Below the pieces are notes generated by a model. It ran no database searches. It was not told the DNA's origin and saw nothing but the letters and a program-made list of their open reading frames with translations. A stretch of 64,000 nucleotides of DNA from Gekko japonicus (taxonomy: Eukaryota): the NCBI RefSeq assembly GCF_001447785.1, contig NW_015177041.1, forward strand, positions 289,426 through 353,425, written 5' to 3'. Below are positions 25,420 through 36,300 of the stretch, piece by piece. The stretch's first letter is position 1. The number at the start of each line of letters is the position of its first letter. Both the position numbers and the translations under genes were made by a program.

Positions 25420-25615
25420 GGCGCCGGGCTAAAAGGCTCCCGGGCGGGTGATGTCATGGCCGGCCCATCGCCACTGAGGCATCAGCGCCAGGCACCATAT
25501 TTGGGGAAAGACTCCAAAACAGCGGGAGCCGCCGCAGCCTCCCCGAGACATTCCCCAGATGCCGGAGGAGTCCGACAGGCCCGCCCGGAGGCAGCAAGTC
25601 CTTTTTTAGGCAGGG
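25420..25615 (-). promoter_or_regulatory. TAGLN smooth-muscle promoter: proximal CArG, distal CArG-like, CRE-like and M-CAT-like sites
   Basis: CCAAATATGG (25495-25504) in context TCTTTCCCCAAATATGG, as in the mammalian SM22-alpha proximal CArG; CCTAAAAAAGG at 25600-25610; TGACATCA 25449-25456; CATTCC 25549-25554. Confidence 0.85.
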
Positions 25616-26276
25616 CAGCGGCAGCAGCCCAGATGTTGAGCAAGAAGGATGAGCGGGCGGGGAGGGGGGCACACGTTGGGTGTCTGCTCTGACCTCAGAG
25701 CTGGTTTCCCTGTGAGGTCAGAACTCCGCCGGGATGTGGGGAGGGGGAGCAGGCCAGGAGGGGCTCCCCTTGTGCCCCTTGAAGATGAAGAGCTAAAGCG
25801 TCAACTAGCTGGATCCCAGAGCTGGCAACAGTGCAGCCCCCCCCCCCCCCAATGCAAAAGGAACCGATAAGAACATTTTGCCTGGTGTAGGACGGCACAG
25901 AACTGGGGCCCTTTGCAAATGCCCCCACCGGCCTTTCCTTTGCCCCTCCTCTTCGGGGCACTCCGTCCTGTCCCTGCTTTACCAGTGGGGGGAAATGAAG
26001 CTGAAGGGGGAGTTCTCCTCCATGGGCTAGATGGGATTGGAATCCAGCTTTTCCCCACTAAAAGATGCTCTGATTATGGAGAAAATGTGTTTACTCCAAA
26101 GGGAAGTGACCTGTGGATCGGCCACACTGGGATTAGCACGTGGGGGTCCAGGCACCCCTGGTCTTCAGAGGATATTGCAGAAGCACAGCAACATCCACAT
26201 GAAGGCCACTGCGGAGAACCTTCCAAAGAGACAGCCAGTCACGAAACAACTATAGCTAGGCAATATCCAAAGAAGT

Positions 26277-26700
26277 GTTGTCGTCATTCAGTCACACAGT
26301 TGAGTCAGACTCTTTGCGACCCCATGGACCAGATCCACCACCCCCTGAAGGGTGGACGGACAGCTGCCTGAGCAGTGCCAGATCACGCCAGGCCCTTCTG
26401 TCTTCCGTCGTGCTCCAGAGTTTGCTTAATTTTATGTTTGTTGCATCTATGACACTGTCCAACCATCTCATCCTTTGCCACCCCCTTCTTCTTTGAACTT
26501 CGGTCTTTCCCAGCATCAGGGTCTTCTTCTCCAGGGAGTGCTCCCTTCTCATTGGGTGGCCAAAGTATTTGAGCTTCAGTTTCAGTCTCTGGCCTTCCAG
26601 GGAACAGTCAGGGTTGATTTCTTTTAGGATTGACTGATGTGATCTCCTTGCACTCCAAGGAGGGACTCTCAAGAGTCTTCTCCAGCACCATAAATTGAGA
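26277..26700 (-). mobile_element. BovB (RTE) LINE 3' fragment
   Basis: Translation RVPPWSARRSHQSILKEINPDCSLEGQRLKLKLKYFGH...LEKKTLMLGK...RMRWLDSV; CCATGGGGTCGCAAAGAGTCTGAC 3' end. Confidence 0.92.
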
Positions 26701-26715
26701 GTGCTTGGCCTTCCT

Positions 26716-28270
26716 TACTGAAGTGTACTTACACACAAAAGCTTATACCCAGAATTAAACTTTGTTGGTCTCAAAGGTGACACTGAACTCCAACTTTGTT
26801 CTATAGTTAGGTGAGTGAGGCCAAAAGGCCTCCAAATCTCTCCTTGACCCCAAACTCACCGGGCAGCCAGTTCAGGCCCCCCCCCACCAGGAGACCTTTG
26901 CAAAGCCGTGGGGGGGGGGACTGTGCTTCAACAGGAGAAGCTCAGAGAGCCCTCGTGGGGCACGGACCGGACCGGGAAGGCCGAGCAGCAGCGGCAGCAA
27001 CATCTGTGTGCCTCTGAGAGAAAACCTCACCCTGACCCAAGCCTGCAGACGTCCAGCTCGGCAGCCCCCCTCCCCCGAGTCCTCCTATCCTAGAATGGGG
27101 TGGGAGGAATGCATGGGGGGGGAGCCCTATATCCTTGGGCAATGTCTTCCCCACCCTCCGACCAAAACGAAAACTAGGGTGGTGTCAGGCCCACGTTTGG
27201 ATCGCTCCTCTGCTGTGGGACCTTGGGCTGGCCAGTCCGCCCTGTGCTCTCTGTGGCAGTGCTGGCCACAGACCCCTGGCACCTGTCGCCTTGCAGGGTC
27301 TGAGCCCTGTGCGGCAGCACCAACGGGTGGGTGGGTGGATGGATGGATGGATGGAGCAGACGTCTCCTCAGATGGCTACAGTTTGCGCCTGGTAGATGGA
27401 GCCCCCTCTGCAGGTGGGGGCCTGGGGTCCCACAAGCACAGCCATAGTGGAGTTGTGTCAGTCTCTGTTCAGCATCTGTGCGGGTGGAGATCCCACAGGG
27501 CGGAGGCCTGGGAGGACAGCATTCCCAGGGCAGAACAGGCTGGCGGCAGTGACCAGTGGGGATCTGGCCCCTCGGCCATCTCGCTGGGTCCAGCCAAGCT
27601 CAGGCAGCCGTCCGTCCAATGGGTCCACCCCACTCACAGGTGACAGGTGTCCAGAGGCACCTTGCGGATCAACAACACGCATTGCCACGTGGGCCTCTCC
27701 AGCTAAGTCACGGAGAGCCGCAAGCACCCGACTGCCACAGCCCGCCCTCACCCTCTCTACCTCTACTGGCTGTCAGCCGTGGCCTCAGGTGGGGCTTGGG
27801 GGAACCACTGAGAAACAGGGCGGGGGAAGCACTACCCAAGGAGCGGTAGAAAAAAGCAGGAGTCCAGTAGCCCCTTGAGTACTAACAACCAACTCTTGCC
27901 CTTTTCTACCGCTACAGACAGACTAACAAGACTGCCCATCTTGATCTACCCAGAGAACAGTTAAGCATTGCTGGGCTAAAGAAAAGAACTCTGACATCTC
28001 TAGGATAAGCGCACAGGGGCCAATAAAGAGGCAGTTCAGGGGGAAGTTCCAAGTAAAACCCTTCATTTCCCCTCCCTCTCCAACAGAACCACCGTGTCAG
28101 TTCAGTAAAGCTGCGGGTGTGTGAAAGGATCAGTGCATCTGAAGGAGTGTGGATGCACCCGGAAGCTTCTATCCAGCATAAAGGTTTTGTTGGTCTTAAG
28201 AGGTGCCTGACTGGACACCAACGTTGCTCTTAAAGGTGCCACCGGACTCCGACTTTGTGAAAGTGTCACT
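26716..28270. mobile_element. Three short Penelope-like terminal remnants (26716-26803, 27845-27945, 28134-28270)
   Basis: Recurrent CTGAAG...AAAGCTTAT...TTTGTTGGTCTTAAAGGTGCCAC.GGACTC motif typical of squamate Penelope ends. Confidence 0.5.
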
Positions 28271-28387
28271 GTTTTCAGGCAGAGTTCTGCTGTTCCTTGC
28301 TGTCTACGATGAAGATGAATGACGTGTTATCTTGTCTTATCCACCAAAACTACTAGGCATTGAGCCCTTCTAAAGAAGAGACAATAA

Positions 28388-28637
28388 GAGAGCCAGTTTG
28401 GAGCAGTGGTTAAGTGTGTGGACTCTAATCTGGGAGAACCGGGTTTGATTCCTCACTCCACTCGCAGCTGCTGGATGACCTTGGGCAAGCCGTAGTTCTG
28501 TTAAGAGCTCTCTCAGCCCCACCGACCTCAGAGTGTGTCTGTGGTGGGGAGGGGGAGGGAAAGGAGTTTGTAAGCCGCTCTGAGACTCCTTTGGGTAGTG
28601 AAGGGCCATGGGGTATGAATCCAATCTCTTCTCTTCT
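28388..28637 (+). mobile_element. Squam3-type tRNA-derived SINE
   Basis: GAGAGCCAGTTTGG..AGTGGTTAAG (A box), GGTTTGATTCC (B box), GCCGCTCTGAGACTCC body, CTT-rich tail. Confidence 0.9.
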
Positions 28638-29199
28638 GTTTTGTATTGTGAAAGGAAGGTGTTGATGGGTGTCGCTCCAGGAGAAGGGGAGGGGGGAGTG
28701 AGTGGTAGAAATAACCTCAGATTCCCAGCCTAGGCTTCCTCTATAATAGCAGCCTGTCAGCCCAGCTGAGTTGCTGTTAAAACTGCCTTCCTGGCCTGAC
28801 TCGCAGCCCCCTGCCCTAACTGGAATCGACTTGGTCCCTGCCACCAGCAGGAGTGGGGGGTGGGGGTGGGGGAGCTGACAGCACACCTGGCCACCACAGG
28901 GACACAGGGAAGACGTTGCTCAGGGCGCTGCTGTATGTCCCCACGGCCTGCTGCCCCCCCCCGCCCCAAGGGCCAGTGGGGCGTTCCTTCCAGGGCTCCT
29001 GCTGCTCTCCCCACAGGACTCTCTGGGCCCCGTCACCATCTGTCTTCTCAACTGAAAACTGCCCCCCTCCCAGAGGAGGCACTCCAGGCCTTCCCCCTCC
29101 CTAGCGTGGCTGCCCTCTCTCCCCACTTCCGCAACTACTTTTCCCAGATTCGGCGACCACAGAGGAGGAAGAGACGGAGGCGGCAGAGCAGATCTGTCT

Positions 29200-29205
29200 T
29201 TTATT
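29200..29205 (-). terminator. Candidate SIDT2 poly(A) signal
   Basis: AATAAA on the - strand ~1.16 kb after the SIDT2 stop, at the end of a U-rich UTR segment. Confidence 0.55.
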
Positions 29206-29561
29206 TTTTTGCATTTGGCAGCAGAATCGGTAGAAATGGAAACGGCAAGACTATGCCGAGGACAAGAAAACAAACAGATGACATTCACTCGTAGAAACAC
29301 ACAAACGAGACCGGGCCACCCACCCGTCAGCCGCTTGGGGGTGTGTGTGCGTGTGTGTCTCACCTCCACCCCCCCCCAAAAAGTCACCGCCTTGGCCTCC
29401 ACCCCCAGGAGGAAGCGCAGGCGGCACAATGATGTTAAACCGTTGGGTGGCTGTGCGACTGCTGAAGGCCGGACTGGCTGCCCGGCCAAAGAAGAGACAC
29501 GAAGAAGTAGACAGACTGCCCCTGCCCCAGGAAGTAGGCACTGGAAAGAGTCCCGTGTACG

Positions 29562-29563
<2 letters not shown>

Positions 29564-29591
<28 letters not shown>
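29564..29591. repeat. (TG)n microsatellite in the SIDT2 3' UTR
   Basis: Directly visible. Confidence 0.95.
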
Positions 29592-29594
<3 letters not shown>

Positions 29595-30366
29595 TCAGGA
29601 ACCAAGAGGAACACCCCCATCTCCGCCCAAGGCGATGTTGTTGGCAGGCGAGCTCAGCTGCAGCCCTCCTCCGAGGGAGGGAGGGAGGGAACCCTTGACG
29701 GCAGCATCCAAAGATCTTGCCTCCCAAAACGGGGCCGCGGTGGCCCTGGGGAGTGCACCTGGGCTGGCCTGAAGGGTCCGGAGGAGGTGTGCAGAGCTTG
29801 CCACACAGTCTCAGCACTGATGTGGGGGGGGTCCAAATGGCAGGAGGATGAGGACGGTGGCCTGGAGCTTGGCTGACACCGCTGCAGCCTACCCCCTCCC
29901 CAAATCACAGGCCCCAGCTCACCCCGACCCGGTCAGGACACCCCTAGCCCCTTTACACAACCCGGGGGTGGGTGTCCACAATCACTCAGCCCAGCTTCCT
30001 AGGAAGGAGCAGTGTGGGGATGGGCCTCCGGGTGCTGATGGCCAAGGAGGCTCCTTGCAATCCTTGGACTCCCACAAACCAAAGCCCAGCCCCCCCCCCC
30101 GAGAGAGGCCTCAGATACGCAGCAGAAACACACTCGGAGCTGCCCGACGGCTTGGCAGCCAGACCACCAACCCCCGGCACTGGGACGGGAACCGGGAAGC
30201 CTTCCCCCCGGCAGGCGCCACACGCCCTCCTGCCCATGGATCCTGCCACGGCATCAAAATCTGTGCCCCCTGGCTAGCGGGGGCAGGGGTCCCCCTTGCA
30301 GACCCCCCCCTCCAGGCAGGACACTTTTGCATGGCCCTGGAGAGGCCGGCAGGAACTCAGGAGCCC

Positions 30367-33300
30367 CTAGAAGACGTAGATCTTATCTCGCTGGACGCAA
30401 TCCAGGTCATCATCCATGGTCAGCAAGACCTGCAAGGGAGAGAGGGGGAAGAACCAGGCCTCAGTCATAACATAAGAACATAAGAGACGCCAATGTTGGA
30501 TCAGGCCAAAGGCCCATCCAGTCCAACACTCTGTGTCACACAGTGGCCAGAAATACCAGGTGCCATCAGGAGGTCCACCAGTGGGGCCAGGACCCTAGAA
30601 GCCCTCCCACCGTTGCCTCCCCCTCCAAGCACCAAGAAGACAGAGCATCACCTGCCCCAGACCAAGAGTTCCTATCTATACCTTGTGGCTAAGAGCCACC
30701 AATGGACCTCTGCTCCATATGTTTATCCATAAGAACATAAGAGACGCCAATGTTGGATCAGGCCAAAGGCCCATCCAGTCCAACACTCTGTGTCACACAG
30801 TGGCCAGAAATACCAGGTGCCATCAGGAGGTCCACCAGTGGGGCCAGGACATTAGAAGCCCTCCCACTGTTGACCCCCCCCAAGCACCCCCAATCGACCC
30901 CTTCCGCAGGGGCAGAGCTCCGGGGGGCCTCGCTCTGGAGGCACAGCGGGGACCTCAGGGGCAGGAGGGGGGAGGATGAAGCCCACCCAGGCAGCTTCCC
31001 CCACATCGTTCCCTCCTGCCCTTTAATCTGCTGGGGGAGGGTCTTCTGGCACAGCTGGCAGCAGATACCCCCCCCACCCTGTGGGCCCTGCTCCTCCCCA
31101 GCCAGGACCCAAGATCCTTTATGACTGACTATACTACTGGCTTTTGCATGTGCTTCTACTGAGATTGGGTCCCACTCAGTGCTCCCTCTTAAGTTGTGGA
31201 GTCTTGTGAGCAAAAATGCTACTTTGCGAGCCAGCGATTTGGCTGCTGCATCAATCAGTTTGCTCTGGAGCCCTCCTTCCTGCGCTAAGGCAAATGTGTG
31301 TGAGCCAGAGGCTAATACACTGTGAGCTACCTCACACTCACTCAGCCTAGAGGGAACACCGGTCCCACTATCGCCTGTTGGTTTTGAAAAAGTATTACTC
31401 GGAACGCGGCAGCTTGCATCCAGACTACGTGTCTCTTCTATGGCTTATGGAATTCAAGAATGTTTGGATTATCCAGGAACTATATGAGTCCACTCCATGA
31501 TGAATGCACATCAAGCTGGACTAGGATATCGCAATACAACTGGAGTGTGAGACACTGAAATTTTTGGGACTTTATTCTTCTTTCTGCATATTTGTTGTTT
31601 CTTGCAAGAACACCTTGGCTTTATATAGTTATATTTCTGAATGACTGAACTTGGCATTAAATATTATTTAGCCAGCGGTTTTTTGTGCTTTGTACCGCCC
31701 CAGCCAGGCACCGAGGCCGGCCGGGGGGGGGGGGGCGAGCGACCACAGGAAGGAGCCAAACATGGCGATGGACGAGAGGAAGTGCCAGATGTCGTGGTCG
31801 TCAAAGAAACCGAGCAGGATGCAGTCCCGGTTGTGTTCTCGGGACTCTGCCGGCGTTTTCTGCCAAGATCAACAAGGCGTGGCTGAGCGGTGTGGCATGC
31901 ACCTTCACAACCACCAAGATGCAAGCACTGAGAAGCTGGGTCCAGGGCGGGAGGGCCAAACCGGTTTGAGAGGGAGGGGCTGTGGCTCAGCGACAGAGGA
32001 TCTGTTTTGCATGCAGAAGGTCCCAGGTTCAATCCCAGGCGGCATCCCCAGTTAAAAGGACCAGGCAGTAGGCGACGTGAAAGACCTCAGCCTGAGACCC
32101 CGGAGACAGGACTGGCCGTGAGGGAGGGAGGGAGGGTCTGGTTCAAGTGGGAGGCAGCGTCAGGCGTGTGAGAGGCCCTCAGCAAATGCAGGCACTGGCC
32201 GCCGCAGCCCAGCTGCAGGGAGGGGCTCTTCTCTGGACCTCGGTCCTTTCCTTTCCCTTTTTGAAATACAGCTCTAGGGAACAGAGCCCAGGACTGCTCG
32301 ACCACAGGCTACCAGTCCCCACCCCACCCCCGGATGCTGAGGGTCCAACCTGGGGGAGAAGCTGAGCTCACCTGCCAGGTGCTCAAGCCCTGGAAGAAGA
32401 AAAAGAGGGCGAAGCCCCACACGACGGACGTGCAGACGATGCAGAGCAGGGGGATCAGCCTGAGGCGCTCGCCACTCCGGAGCTGTGGGGGGAGAAGAGG
32501 AGGAGGGAGGGGTTGGATCCATGGCCCTTCACCACCCAAGGGAGGAGTCTCAGAGCGGCTGACAAACCCCTTTCCCTTCCCCACAACAGGCACCCTGTCA
32601 GGTAGGCGGGGCTGAGAGAGCTCTGACAGAGCTACGGCTTGCCCAAGGTCAACCAGCAGGTGCAAGTGGAGGCATGGGGAATCAAACCCGGCTCTCCCAG
32701 ATTAGAGTCCGAGCACTTAGCCACGGCACCAGACTGGAAGACGTGGAGCCATCTGCCATGAGCCATGCCCACCTGCCCCCCCCTCAAGAGAGGGGCCCCG
32801 TCCAGCCAAGGCTCTTCCACACTAGCAAATGGGCAGGCGGGCGGCTCCCCCAGGGTAAAGCAGTGCCCCCCCACCGCACCTTCATGATGATGTAGAAGGC
32901 AAAGTAGAGCAGCAGGTTGCAGATGCCGATGGCCAGCAGGTAGGAGGCAAAGTCGTTGGGCCGGGCGAGGAGACCGTAGGCAGCCCTGCATGGGGGGGGG
33001 ACACAAAAGGGGGGGCCAAGGCGGGGGCACGTGAGCACAGGAAGCTGCCAGAGAGTGAGCCAGCCCCTCAGCCCCTCGAGCTCCATCTTGCCCACTCAGA
33101 CAGGCAGCAGCCCTCCAGGGTCCCCGTCAGAGGTTCTTCGCCCGATCCTTTTAACAGGTGGTGGTGCTGCTGGGGACGGAACCCAGTACCTTCTGTGTGC
33201 CAAGCAGAGGCTCTGCCCCTGAGCCCTGCCCCCCCCCCGAACAAGACGGGGCTGCCGGCAAAGAGCCCTGCCCTCTGGCAAGACAGACCAGGCCCCCGTT

Positions 33301-36300
33301 GGCTCCTCAGTCAGCTGGCAACCACCTCGAGCTCACCCGAGGGCCGGGCCCCAGCTCCACCCACCGGCTGTTACTCACAGTGACCAGTTGATGATATTGC
33401 CCATCACCAGCAGCACCATCCGATCCTGGGGACAGAAGAAGAGAGAAGAGACTGGATTTCATTCCCCTTGCCCTTCACTCGGAGTCTCAGAGCGGCTCAC
33501 AAACTCCTTTCCCTTCCCCTCTCCAGCGGGGCTGAGAGAGCTCTTGACAGAAACTGCTCTTTTTCAAGGACAGCTCTTGTCAGAACCACGGCTTGCCCAA
33601 GGTCATCCAGCAGCTGCAAGTGGAGGAGTGGGGAATCAAACCCGGCTCTCCCAGATTAGAGTCCGCGCACTTCACCACTAGACCTGACTGGCTGGGGAGG
33701 GGGAGAGGGGCCAAAGACCCACAGAAGAGACCGTCTCAGCCCCCAGCCCATCTCCAGAAGGTGCCTCTGCTCCGCGGCGTTCCCACACTGTTGGGCCTGA
33801 GATGCACACTGGCTGCTGCAGCTGCTAGCCAGAGGGTGACCCCTGAAGACAGCCTGGAAACTGCAGCTGGCTTAGAGAGCGGTGGCCAGAGGACCAGCGT
33901 GGTCTTCCCAAGTGAACACGGCAGTACGGTGGTGCCAAAATGTCTCCACCCAGACCTCTTTCCTGAGCGTATTTCGAGGGGCTGCTCTTGACATAAGAAT
34001 CCCCAACACGCCTGGAACCAGCAACCAGGGCACCTGAAGGACTGCCTGTGGTCCTGTCTGCTGAGACAAGGCGGGCGCGGAGTGGAGGCAGGGCCCTCTC
34101 TGTGGCAGGAGCCACGCATCACACAGAGTTCCCTGGGGTGACCCATTCGCCACCATCTCTTGTCTCTGAGGCAACATGTTCGACTTGGGCGATTCAGCAC
34201 AAAAACGGCTTGGCTGTTCTCTCGGCTGTTCTTTTGTGCTGTCTTATTTTAGGTGGCTGTTTGGGGATTTAAATGTGGGGCTTTTCTTTTCTTTTCTTTT
34301 TTAGCCCCCGGAGGAGATTTTTTTATTGCATTTTTTAAATAGACTACAAACTACAATGGAAAAATAGGGAAGGGTAGCTACATCTAGGGAGAAAGGAAAG
34401 AAAACCACTAATAACTAAAACCCCAAGAATTGGAGATCATAGCAGCTTATGTTAATGTTAGTCTAAAATTGCTAATATCACATTGAACATAGTCGGTTAT
34501 GCTAAATTATTTATCTTTTTTATCCAATAATTTAACTATTTAAAGAGAACCTCAAGAGCATCATCAATAATAAAGAAAAATTTTAAGACACAATTCAGAG
34601 TCCTTCAGCCTTCATTTTGTTTTATCTTTTCTAATAATTGGTATGCACGTTTGGGGGTACTATCTCCCCAGGCAGATTGTTTTTCTTGATGTATACAGAG
34701 TTGGCCCTATAGACCACATCCATTTCGCTTGCAATGTAATCTGCTTTCAAAACTGTAGCTGGGGCTAATGCTTCGCTCAAAAGTTGCTTTAGATTCTTGC
34801 CCTTTAATTCTGGGACTCCCTGGAACCAGAGGATCAAATCTGCTTTTTCCAATTCCCCGGCATTGCGCTGGTGAAGAGGTCGCACCTCAAAAGCCCCATA
34901 GCTAGGAGCCTTTTGCCAAGGCTCGGGGGGGGTGGCCCCCCCTCCTATCCACTGGTGCATAGATCACATCCCTGGGAGGTCCGGGAGATGCGTCCGCCAG
35001 CGTGTCGCCATAGTCCCATGTGGGGCTTTTTTTAATGCCAGCCACTTGGAGGCTTATTCGTACCACTCCTTTCATCTCGGTGTTTTAAATAAAAGAGCCA
35101 CAAAACAGGAACAGTGCTTGGAAGGCAGGCGGAGCTACTCACCACATACAGGGGCCCGCTGCACTGCCGGATGCAGTCAATGTAAACCACATGCAGGATC
35201 CGGCGCAAGATCCCGGAATCTACAACGAGGGGGACACGCCTTAAGCCCTGTGGACTGAAGAGGAAGGCTGACAGGTTCCCTTTCCTCCATGTTGCCTCCC
35301 TGCCCCACTCATCCAGGGGCCAACAACCTGAAGAGGTCTGCACCTGTGGGCCACGCCTCTGAGTACACACCAGAGGGAGGGAGGGCGGGCAGTGGAATGG
35401 AGGAGCAGGAGGGGTCCGGAAGGCCCGGCTCCAGCTCAGCCCCTGCTGGAGACAGCCAGCAGCACACGGGAGGGTCCGGGGGCGGAACTCACCCAGCCTC
35501 CAGCGGCCCATGTAGTACAGCTGGGTGCTGAGCAGCAATGTGGAGACTATGTGGATGATGGAAAAGACAATCCAGAAGGCCGTGTTGCCCTTGCCGAAGA
35601 CCTGGGGGAGCAGACACAGGGGAGGGTGATGGTGGGAACCATGTAGAGCCTGAAGACGTGGCCGGGTCAGTGCCTGGGAATCATGCGTGGCTCCCCCCCG
35701 CCCCCGGGGACACATGAACTCATGAAGTTGCCTTATGCCGGATCAGGACCTCAGTCCATCCAGGTCAGTATTCATCTACTCAGACTGGCACTGGGGCCTT
35801 CTGCGTGCCCTGATCCACCGCCCCTCTCCCTCACTGGGGGGGACACACACACAAACACACACACACACACACACACAGAAAACGCCCAGGGATGTTCCAC
35901 TGACAGAAGACTCTTGCGGGGGGCGGTTGGGCTGCAGGCAGAGCACAGCCCGCAAACACTGGGATCCTCACGAGAAGGACGGCAGCCCCCGGCTTTCGCC
36001 CCCCCCCCGCCCAGCACTCACCACCCCCACGACTGAGAAGAAGATGACGATGGCCAGGCAGGCGTAGGCGCTGTAGGCGCTGGCGTTGATATCGGGGTGC
36101 CGCTTCTGGTAGAGCTTCAACATGCACAGCCCGGCAATCATGTACATGAAAGAGGTGTCTGGGGAGGAGAGGCGACAGCAGCAGCAGCAGCGGAGGTCAC
36201 CCTGACTCCCCCTTGAAGAAAAGAGATGCCGGGGGCCGCCGGGCCGGCAGGAAGCTGCAGCCTTTGCCCCCCCCCCCAAGGTTTGACCCTGAGGCCAGCT

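Noticed and set aside
28388-28460. tRNA-like A/B boxes (also at 31971, 47700, 63043)
   Set aside because: These are SINE heads that continue into SINE bodies, not tRNA genes.
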